Shown piece after piece: positions 15,647-21,673 of a DNA stretch of 23,891 nt. Below the pieces are notes generated by a model. The model was not told where the DNA came from. It ran no database searches and worked only from the letters and a program-made list of their open reading frames with translations. The position numbers and the translations under genes are program-made. Within the stretch, counting starts at the first letter, position 1. The number at the start of each line of letters is the position of its first letter. Source of the DNA: a virus (Duplodnaviria > Heunggongvirae > Uroviricota > Caudoviricetes); IMG/VR virus record IMGVR_UViG_3300025896_000021; one strand, written 5' to 3'.

Positions 15647-15835
15647 TTATTTCCTTCCAATTCGTTCTGCAATTTTCATTTTGACCCACTCAAGATGTTC
15701 ATTGAACATTTTAGGGCCTTGCGGGTGATTAATTACTGCCAACTCAAACTGAGTACGGACAGCGATCAATTCTGTCATGGACTTTTTAGCATACTCTGCT
15801 TCTTGGTCGTACTGATTTCCATTGTTGTAAGACAT
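15647..15835 (-). CDS. Hypothetical protein
   Basis: AGGAG RBS in the cassette leader. Confidence 0.8.
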   Translation of the reverse strand: MSYNNGNQYDQEAEYAKKSMTELIAVRTQFELAVINHPQGPKMFNEHLEWVKMKIAERIGRK

Positions 15836-15858
15836 ACAGTTCTCCTGTTTAAGATTCT

Positions 15859-15887
15859 ATTATATCACCAAAGTGATTAAATGTCAA
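15859..15887 (-). promoter_or_regulatory. sigma70 promoter TTGACA-17-TATAAT (cassette copy)
   Basis: Perfect consensus; leader AGAATCTTAAACAGGAG. Confidence 0.9.
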
Positions 15888-16105
15888 TCTTTCTCAACCA
15901 TTACGAATGCTTCCATGATGCTATCGGCCACTTCATCGTAGTCCTCTTCCTTGACACCTTCTTCAGAAGCATAGCCATAGCCACCATAGAATGTGCGAGT
16001 GTGTTGGCTAATGACCTTGATAATCCGTTCACGCATATCGTGTTCTTCACGGGTCATTGTGTTGGTCCCAAACTCTTCGCCAATTTCGCTGTACCATTTT
16101 GCCAT
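15884..16105 (-). CDS. Acidic hypothetical protein (start re-assigned to MAKWYSE at 16105)
   Basis: The track N-terminus is a translation of the promoter cassette; TGGAG RBS before 16105; stop inside the next -35. Confidence 0.7.
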   Translation of the reverse strand: MAKWYSEIGEEFGTNTMTREEHDMRERIIKVISQHTRTFYGGYGYASEEGVKEEDYDEVADSIMEAFVMVEKD

Positions 16106-16138
16106 CTTATGCTCCAGTTCTCTACTGTCTAAGATTCT

Positions 16139-16167
16139 ATTATAGCAGAATACCCATTTAATGTCAA
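16139..16167 (-). promoter_or_regulatory. sigma70 promoter TTGACA-17-TATAAT (cassette copy)
   Basis: Perfect consensus; nearly identical to 16637-16665. Confidence 0.9.
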
Positions 16168-16178
16168 CTTTTGGACAC

Positions 16179-16604
16179 TCACTCAATAGCTCTACGTAAT
16201 ACAATTTCTTGACGGGCAAACGCATCAAGTTCCCAGGGCATGTCTAAGTATTTTGTCTTTTTGCTGTAAGTCTTGCCCATCCACATTCTAGCATTCTTTG
16301 GCAAGAACTTCATTTGGCCCTTAGCAAGTTGACGCACATGTACCATTTCGTGTGAAAGAGTCAGTGCCATATTCAGTAGTGAGAATTTTGTCAAACGTTT
16401 AGCTGGCTTGATTAGTACTAGATAACAATCTGCCATTTCTACATTGAGGGTTGCACCTTCCATACCATCAAGCATGTCATCGGTCACTTTGACTAAGACT
16501 GCTTTTCTGCTATTAGTCAAACCCAACTGGTCAATGATTGAGGGCATCAATGCACTAAGAAACTTTTTGCTTTTTTGATTGCTAGCTTCAACTGCGTATT
16601 CCAT
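16179..16604 (-). CDS. Zincin-like (HExxH) metallopeptidase-family protein
   Basis: LSHEMVHVRQ plus downstream PWELDA third-ligand motif. Confidence 0.75.
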   Translation of the reverse strand: MEYAVEASNQKSKKFLSALMPSIIDQLGLTNSRKAVLVKVTDDMLDGMEGATLNVEMADCYLVLIKPAKRLTKFSLLNMALTLSHEMVHVRQLAKGQMKFLPKNARMWMGKTYSKKTKYLDMPWELDAFARQEIVLRRAIE

Positions 16605-16636
16605 TACAACTCCAGTTCTTTACTGTCTAAGATTCT

Positions 16637-16665
16637 ATTATAACAGAATACCCATTTAATGTCAA
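16637..16665 (-). promoter_or_regulatory. sigma70 promoter TTGACA-17-TATAAT (cassette copy)
   Basis: Perfect consensus; leader AGAATCTTAGACAGTAAAGAACTGGAG. Confidence 0.9.
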
Positions 16666-16991
16666 ATTTTGAATGTAGCCCAGAAGGCTGTCTTTTCTAG
16701 GTCCTGTTGGAACTCGGGGTACACTTCATGCAGTTCATCAATTTCAATTGACCGATAACCATTGTGCTGCTTCTTTTCAAACATTTGAATAGCGTCCCAA
16801 TCACTACCCTTAAACATTTTAGTTTGAAGTTTTGCGCCACGGCGCCCCCAGAATGAAATATAGTCATTGTCTACATACTTGAACCCGAGTCCACTAAAAT
16901 CCATAGAATTATCTTGTAATAGAATCACGCCCCACACTTTATCAGTGTTAGTCTTTTCATTCTTCTGCCAACAAATGTGTTTGAATTTCAT
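16662..16991 (-). CDS. WGR-domain-like protein
   Basis: TDKVWGV...ISFWGRRGAKLQTK...FEKKQHNGY matches the WGR pattern (WGR, then KxxKGY-like end). Confidence 0.65.
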   Translation of the reverse strand: MKFKHICWQKNEKTNTDKVWGVILLQDNSMDFSGLGFKYVDNDYISFWGRRGAKLQTKMFKGSDWDAIQMFEKKQHNGYRSIEIDELHEVYPEFQQDLEKTAFWATFKI

Positions 16992-17272
16992 TGAGCAGAC
17001 CTTATTTTAATTGTATCCAAATTATCTTCCACTAAGGCAATCAATGCGTGAGTAAGAAATTTAACCTGTTCCTCGTTCATCTTTAAATTGTACGCATCAC
17101 TTAGTATGTGCAGGGTCTCATGCCACAATGCAATTTTTTGAGTTTGTTCTGAGAAATTATTTCCAATCCAAATCTCTTGGTCATTGAATCTAGCAAGACC
17201 AATAGTGCCCTGCATTTCCTCAGGTGTCTTGTACAATACTTCGTAAGTAATTCCGCAAATTTTCAATTTCAT
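16988..17272 (-). CDS. Small HExxH (ImmA/IrrE-like zincin) protein
   Basis: IALWHETLHILSD; ATGA overlap with the upstream gene. Confidence 0.65.
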   Translation of the reverse strand: MKLKICGITYEVLYKTPEEMQGTIGLARFNDQEIWIGNNFSEQTQKIALWHETLHILSDAYNLKMNEEQVKFLTHALIALVEDNLDTIKIRSAQ

Positions 17273-17541
17273 TCTTCAACTCCGAAATGTTCTTTTACTC
17301 GTCTTGCTGCATTTTGAATAGCATTGGAACTTTCAAATTCATCTTTATCCCAGTACCACTTTGATTCGTTAAGCACAGTGGTCATACATTCTGCTACAAT
17401 CAACTCGGCAAACTTTTGTAGTTCACTAACTCTAAACCCATAGAAGTCATATGGTTCTTTTTTCAGAGCCTCAATAAATTCATCTATTGAAAGTTTTTCT
17501 GTAATAGCCTGTTCAGCAAGTTCTTTAATTCGTTCGTTCAT
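17269..17541 (-). CDS. MNERIKEL...FAELIV...HFGVEE family protein, copy 1
   Basis: Shares three motif blocks with 21065 and 21443; ATG 17541 is 1 nt after the upstream stop. Confidence 0.85.
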   Translation of the reverse strand: MNERIKELAEQAITEKLSIDEFIEALKKEPYDFYGFRVSELQKFAELIVAECMTTVLNESKWYWDKDEFESSNAIQNAARRVKEHFGVEE

Positions 17542-17542
17542 T

Positions 17543-17629
17543 TTAGAATCCATCCTTGATTAGGATTGCCAGGCCCATGATGATAACTGGCAACATAACG
17601 ATAATCAAATTAGTAATTGCTTGTATCAT
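17543..17629 (-). CDS. Single-TM mini-protein, 28 aa (MIQAITNLIIVMLPVIIMGLAILIKDGF)
   Basis: Manual translation; ATGA overlap upstream; fills the gap exactly. Confidence 0.65.
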   Translation of the reverse strand: MIQAITNLIIVMLPVIIMGLAILIKDGF

Positions 17630-17877
17630 TTTAATCCCAATACTTTCTTTTCTGCTTCTGACAATTTAGCCAGGGCTCGTTTGCGGAGTTCACCGTTTTC
17701 ATATTCTGTCAATTCATCCAAACTGTCAAGGATGACAAATTCTTTTTCATAGACTTCATCATACTTGTTCTTTGCCTTCCATGCATCGGCAGCTTCTTTC
17801 GTTGCTACATAATACTTGTGGTTGTGACGATCACCACCGTCCCAAGTTTGAATATCCCAGCATTTAATGATTTGCAT
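17626..17877 (-). CDS. Hypothetical protein
   Basis: GGAG RBS; TAATG overlap with the upstream gene. Confidence 0.8.
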   Translation of the reverse strand: MQIIKCWDIQTWDGGDRHNHKYYVATKEAADAWKAKNKYDEVYEKEFVILDSLDELTEYENGELRKRALAKLSEAEKKVLGLK

Positions 17878-18215
17878 TATTTGACTCCAAAAGTGTTAAG
17901 TGCGGGTTGCACAGTGTTGATTAGAATTGTCTCGCGGGCGTGAGCGGGGCGCTTGCCACGTACAACTTCAAGCAAGCCGAATGTGAATACTTCGGCTCCA
18001 AACTCACGCAAGTTTTTGCTCAGGCCCCAATCTTTGTTCTCAGTCATAGCCCGTTGCATATGCTTTTGCATACGGCGATTCAGTGTACGCTTGACGTTGC
18101 CACCGAATGACACTGCGGTGATACCAACATATTGCTCACTAGTCAAAACATTGGTGATGACATAGATAGCATGATTGCGATCTGTTCTGCGCTTACGGAC
18201 GATTTTCGAGTTCAT
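17877..18215 (-). CDS. GIY-YIG nuclease-family protein
   Basis: HAIYVITN...QYVGIT, conserved R and H (RRMQKH), E (ARETILI) and terminal PALN. Confidence 0.75.
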   Translation of the reverse strand: MNSKIVRKRRTDRNHAIYVITNVLTSEQYVGITAVSFGGNVKRTLNRRMQKHMQRAMTENKDWGLSKNLREFGAEVFTFGLLEVVRGKRPAHARETILINTVQPALNTFGVK

Positions 18216-18221
18216 AAGTGT

Positions 18222-18250
18222 ATTATATACCCAAAACCATTTAATGTCAA
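18222..18250 (-). promoter_or_regulatory. sigma70 promoter TTGACA-17-TATAAT
   Basis: Perfect consensus; ATG 18215 follows 6 nt after the -10. Confidence 0.85.
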
Positions 18251-18762
18251 CCGTACGTTTCCAGTAAGTTTGTCACAAAATCGTCATCACTATCCCCGAG
18301 GTCCTTATCTGTTGTAAAAACACAACAGTCTCCGAACTTGGCTAGCTTTCGGCCAGCTGTATCATTGTCACAAACTGCTACAACCCTGCGATTCAGACAC
18401 TGCAACCAGTTCTTCAAGTCACTATTTGGGTTGTTAGATAGCACGGCCAACGCACTAAATCCACGCTCAGTGAGTCTGGCCGCATCGAACAGACCCTCAC
18501 ACACAAACACGACTGAGGGGCTTAAATCCAAGCTCTCAACGCCCCAAACAGTGTGGGTGGGCTGCTTTCTGTATGTAAAATACTTACCTTCTTTGGGGTT
18601 ATTTTGGGGCTTTTTCTCTCCGGTTGGGCGATATTGTTGGTATCCTACAAGCTGACCGCTGAGATTCCACAAGTAAAATGTGGCTACTCCCTCAACTTCG
18701 TCTAGCATAGGACGGTGAAGTTCTAAGTTTAAGTGACGACTGACCAGGTGTTCTTTAAGCAT
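18247..18762 (-). CDS. Stand-alone Toprim (DnaG primase-like) domain protein (start re-assigned to ATG 18762)
   Basis: VFVCEGLFDA and VCDND (DxD) Toprim motifs; LVGYQQYRP. The track ATG at 18768 abuts the -10 box, so it cannot be transcribed from this promoter. Confidence 0.8.
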   Translation of the reverse strand: MLKEHLVSRHLNLELHRPMLDEVEGVATFYLWNLSGQLVGYQQYRPTGEKKPQNNPKEGKYFTYRKQPTHTVWGVESLDLSPSVVFVCEGLFDAARLTERGFSALAVLSNNPNSDLKNWLQCLNRRVVAVCDNDTAGRKLAKFGDCCVFTTDKDLGDSDDDFVTNLLETYG

Positions 18763-18768
18763 ACCCAT

Positions 18769-18797
18769 ATTATACTACAATATGGATTAAATGTCAA
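18769..18797 (-). promoter_or_regulatory. sigma70 promoter TTGACA-17-TATAAT
   Basis: Perfect consensus. Confidence 0.85.
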
Positions 18798-18798
18798 A

Positions 18799-19233
18799 TT
18801 ACTTGCAGACTAGGGCTAATGCTTCACGGAAGATTTCTTGTTGTTTTTGTGCAACATCTACTTCCCAGGGAAGACTATTGTATTCTTCGTAGGTCATATC
18901 TTCTGGTAGTTTCTTAGTATAGGGTATACCATGCCAATAACACATCCCATTTGATTTCATTGATAGTATACCAATATGTTTCTGGTGAACGTGAATCAGT
19001 TCGTGAGTTAGTATCTTTGGTAGTAGATTGAAGGGTAAGTCGTAGTTAATGCCGATGCGATTAACATGATTCATATCTATACCACCATATACATTATCTG
19101 GTAGTGGATATAAACATACTTCAAGTGATTTTGGTAACTCAATAATTTTAGCTACTGCATCGGCGAATGAAGTTATTATAACTTCGTGCTTGTAACTATG
19201 TTGATTATTCTGGTAATAGAACTTTATTTCCAC
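18799..19233 (-). CDS. Zincin-like (HExxH) metallopeptidase-family protein; start uncertain (GTG 19233 or ATG 19269)
   Basis: LTHELIHVHQ plus PWEVDV; paralogous to 16179..16604. Confidence 0.75.
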   Translation of the reverse strand: MEIKFYYQNNQHSYKHEVIITSFADAVAKIIELPKSLEVCLYPLPDNVYGGIDMNHVNRIGINYDLPFNLLPKILTHELIHVHQKHIGILSMKSNGMCYWHGIPYTKKLPEDMTYEEYNSLPWEVDVAQKQQEIFREALALVCK

Positions 19234-19693
19234 TGTCTTCTTCTTTAGGAATAGCATGTGCATATTCATAGTTAACAGTATCTACATTTTCACGAAATAC
19301 AATGGCACCGTTCTTCAAATGAAAACGTCTAGCCAATTCAGTTTTAGGACTTAATGTGACAAAGCGAGTTACACTAGGGTGAGATTTTTGAATCTCTTTA
19401 ACTGCACGAATTAATAACTCTCTACCCTTGCCTGCTTTATAACTCCAGATAGTATAGAATACTGCTGTAGTCGGAACTAATGTAGTGCTACTCAAATCAG
19501 TAACATCTTGTGGGACAAAATCATGAAAGCTAATGCACACCATTGCTTCAGGTGATGTTTCAGTTTCGTCAGTTAATGCTGCCACTATTCTACCATCACT
19601 TACCCTAAAGTCAGCGGGAATCTCAGGACGAACCGGATCATCTTTTATAAATTCTAGAAGTTTGTGTGTGAGGTCTTTGATGAAGTGGAACAT
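19205..19693 (-). CDS. GNAT-fold protein resembling a minimal malonyl-CoA decarboxylase catalytic core
   Basis: TTAVFYTIW, RFVTLSP and RRFHLKNGA echo the MCD motifs AVFYSIS, TLSP and ARFHLxNGA. Confidence 0.6.
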   Translation of the reverse strand: MFHFIKDLTHKLLEFIKDDPVRPEIPADFRVSDGRIVAALTDETETSPEAMVCISFHDFVPQDVTDLSSTTLVPTTAVFYTIWSYKAGKGRELLIRAVKEIQKSHPSVTRFVTLSPKTELARRFHLKNGAIVFRENVDTVNYEYAHAIPKEEDSGNKVLLPE

Positions 19694-19701
19694 AGTAAAT
19701 G

Positions 19702-19709
19702 TATTTATA
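19702..19709 (-). promoter_or_regulatory. T4-consensus late promoter TATAAATA
   Basis: Exact match 8 nt upstream of ATG 19693. Confidence 0.7.
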
Positions 19710-19731
19710 CGTAGTGCATTAAATGCGTATA

Positions 19732-20493
19732 TTATGTGCTATATATTTGAGCTAATGATTTTAGGATAATGGCTTCTCGTTGCTGCTTAGTTTTAGCTCC
19801 AAGAATAGTGATATTGTATAGTTGGTTATTTGCATTGATTAGCATAGTTATACAATAACCAGCAGCATTAGTAAACCCAGTCTTGATAGTGATTATACCT
19901 TGCTGACCAAAGTACTTTATGGTAGGACTAGTAGACAATTTAGTATCACGTTTGCCCCTTGAATAATGAGTAACTAGATTATGAGATTGTGCTGCTGTTT
20001 GCACTATATCAAATGCACTTACCGCTTTAGTGAGTTTTACAATATCATCTACTGTACTAAAGTTCATTGCACTTAGTCCAGTTGGTTCTACAAACCCAGT
20101 ATGTGACATATTCAACTCGGTTGCATGTTTGTTCATAGTTTCAACAAACTTTACTTTGCCACCGGGGAAGTTTTCAGCTAGAGTTATCGCAGCTAGGTTA
20201 TCGCTACTGATTAATGATAGCTTGACTAAATCCATTCTGGTTAGAATCATTCCTTTACTAATCTTGGTATTAGTAATTCTATTGCCAGTAACGGTCAATC
20301 GTTCATCTAACGATTGGTGCTGTGTTAGTACAGTATAAACTGTCATTAACTTGCTGATACTAGCTATACTAACTTTCTCACCTTGCTGGTTACTGCTTAC
20401 TACTTGATTGCTGGTTAAATTATAGATAATCGTGCTGGTGTCTGCCAAAGCTAGTAATGGCAACAATAACAGTATTAAAATAATTTTACGCAT
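19732..20493 (-). CDS. D-alanyl-D-alanine carboxy/endopeptidase, peptidase S11 (PBP5/PBP7-like), secreted
   Basis: Signal peptide; SxxK (ASISKLMT), SxN (SSDN) and KTG (IKTGFTNAAG); GMSHTGFVEPTGL-like segment. Confidence 0.9.
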   Translation of the reverse strand: MRKIILILLLLPLLALADTSTIIYNLTSNQVVSSNQQGEKVSIASISKLMTVYTVLTQHQSLDERLTVTGNRITNTKISKGMILTRMDLVKLSLISSDNLAAITLAENFPGGKVKFVETMNKHATELNMSHTGFVEPTGLSAMNFSTVDDIVKLTKAVSAFDIVQTAAQSHNLVTHYSRGKRDTKLSTSPTIKYFGQQGIITIKTGFTNAAGYCITMLINANNQLYNITILGAKTKQQREAIILKSLAQIYST

Positions 20494-20497
20494 AGAC

Positions 20498-20505
20498 TAT
20501 TTAAC
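20498..20505 (-). promoter_or_regulatory. Late-promoter-like motif GTTAAATA
   Basis: 4 nt upstream of ATG 20493; no RBS. Confidence 0.5.
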
Positions 20506-20728
20506 CCACCCGTAGTCGTTCTATCTCGTTAGCTGCTTCTTCCAATAAGTCAGCGATACGATCTGGTTTGCCTTCTTCTACTGACTTGCGTCCTTGAATC
20601 TGCCTGCGAATCTCCGCCCGCTTGCGAAGGCGAAAGACTAGGCTTTGTTCTGCTACGGGTAAATGGCTTTCATCTTTTAAAATTTCATTTGCCATATGCT
20701 CCTCAAATCTATCAAATTCTTCGTTCAT
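20501..20728 (-). CDS. Hypothetical phage protein (RLRKRAEIRRQI...DRIADLLEEAANEI; start re-assigned to 20728)
   Basis: AAGGAG RBS before ATG 20728. Confidence 0.8.
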   Translation of the reverse strand: MNEEFDRFEEHMANEILKDESHLPVAEQSLVFRLRKRAEIRRQIQGRKSVEEGKPDRIADLLEEAANEIERLRVG

Positions 20729-20738
20729 TGCTAACTCC

Positions 20739-21068
20739 TTAAAAAGGGATGTCATCATCCATATCAGCAAACACTACTGGTTCACGCTTGGGTGCTACAT
20801 AGTTTTCATTGTGGAAATTGTCAAACACATCTTGGTACTCTCCGTTCCAATCACTGCTACGCAACCTGTCTTGATTATTGCACAAAATTTCAACTTTGTC
20901 AAGACTTGAGTGAGGGTTCCAAGGATGATGTACAGTGACGTATCCATTATAGAATGTACCTTCCCAGGCACCGTTGACTACCCAAAAGTCAAAGTGCGTA
21001 GGACTGTGCTCTTGCTTAACGTTGACAAGCAAACTTGGTCGTTCTTTGGTGCCTAGCATCAATCTCAT
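20739..21068 (-). CDS. Hypothetical protein ending in the SSB-like tail DMDDDIPF
   Basis: ATGA overlap and GGAG RBS supplied by the upstream gene end. Confidence 0.8.
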   Translation of the reverse strand: MRLMLGTKERPSLLVNVKQEHSPTHFDFWVVNGAWEGTFYNGYVTVHHPWNPHSSLDKVEILCNNQDRLRSSDWNGEYQDVFDNFHNENYVAPKREPVVFADMDDDIPF

Positions 21069-21280
21069 TCTTCAACTCCGAAATGTTCTCGTGTGGGTTT
21101 ATTCAAATGCCAAGCATTGTGTCCATCAGCAATAAATTTCTCCTGAACTGCTAATACTTCTGCCACAATCAACTCGGCGAAACAATCAAGGCGTGTCATT
21201 TCTGCGAATTCAGGAAACGTGCCTGTCTCATCGACAGTAAACCCTGACATACGGGCAAGCTCTTTAATTCGTTCGTTCAT
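21065..21280 (-). CDS. MNERIKEL...FAELIV...HFGVEE family protein, copy 2
   Basis: Motif blocks shared with copies 1 and 3; ATG 21280 is 1 nt after the upstream stop. Confidence 0.85.
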   Translation of the reverse strand: MNERIKELARMSGFTVDETGTFPEFAEMTRLDCFAELIVAEVLAVQEKFIADGHNAWHLNKPTREHFGVEE

Positions 21281-21281
21281 T

Positions 21282-21446
21282 TCACTTACCTTCAAACAGA
21301 TAGACTACAACTCGACCAAAGGATGCAGCAATGCTCACAAAGATAAAACATTGAAACCAAAACACAGGATCTTGCCAGGCGCTGTGTGCGGAAAATATAA
21401 AAAGAACGACTGCGGACAGCCAAACACTTACGGGTACTGATTTCAT
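21282..21446 (-). CDS. Small two-TM membrane protein, 54 aa (MKSVPVSVWLSAVVLFIFSAHSAWQDPVFWFQCFIFVSIAASFGRVVVYLFEGK)
   Basis: Manual translation; ATGA overlap with copy 3, GGAG RBS; fills the gap exactly. Confidence 0.7.
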   Translation of the reverse strand: MKSVPVSVWLSAVVLFIFSAHSAWQDPVFWFQCFIFVSIAASFGRVVVYLFEGK

Positions 21447-21673
21447 TTTTTAACTCCAAAATGTTCTTTAATCTCTTGAATAGGATGTAAGTATTCTTCA
21501 CCTGGTCTACTCATTCTAACAGAATAAGGAGCAATAATATCAATACACTCCTGCACAATCAACTCGGCGAACTTTTCAAGGTTATAGTCATACTCGCCAG
21601 CAGTACACTTGCCAGGGCGAGGCCAGAGGCTCTGAGCACCGTCTAACCAAAGTTGTTTAATTCGTTCGTTCAT
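21443..21673 (-). CDS. MNERIK...FAELIV...HFGVKK family protein, copy 3
   Basis: Motif blocks shared; ATGA overlap with the ligase gene. Confidence 0.85.
   Translation of the reverse strand: MNERIKQLWLDGAQSLWPRPGKCTAGEYDYNLEKFAELIVQECIDIIAPYSVRMSRPGEEYLHPIQEIKEHFGVKK

Noticed and set aside
15884-16228. Track N-terminal extension MMRLPVKKLYY...
   Set aside because: It translates the promoter cassette and overlaps the upstream gene; the true start is 16105. Similar over-extensions were trimmed for other ORFs.
7107-16665. Repeated ~55-bp units as a CRISPR array
   Set aside because: Repeats are degenerate, irregularly spaced by whole genes, and are explained as promoters; no cas genes.
21292-21501. 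Track ORF MKNTYILFKRLK...
   Set aside because: Overlaps paralogue copy 3 out of frame; the coupled 21282..21446 frame fits better.
17269-21673. Constant/variable paralogues as a diversity-generating retroelement
   Set aside because: No reverse transcriptase in the window, and differences are whole-segment replacements rather than adenine-specific substitutions.
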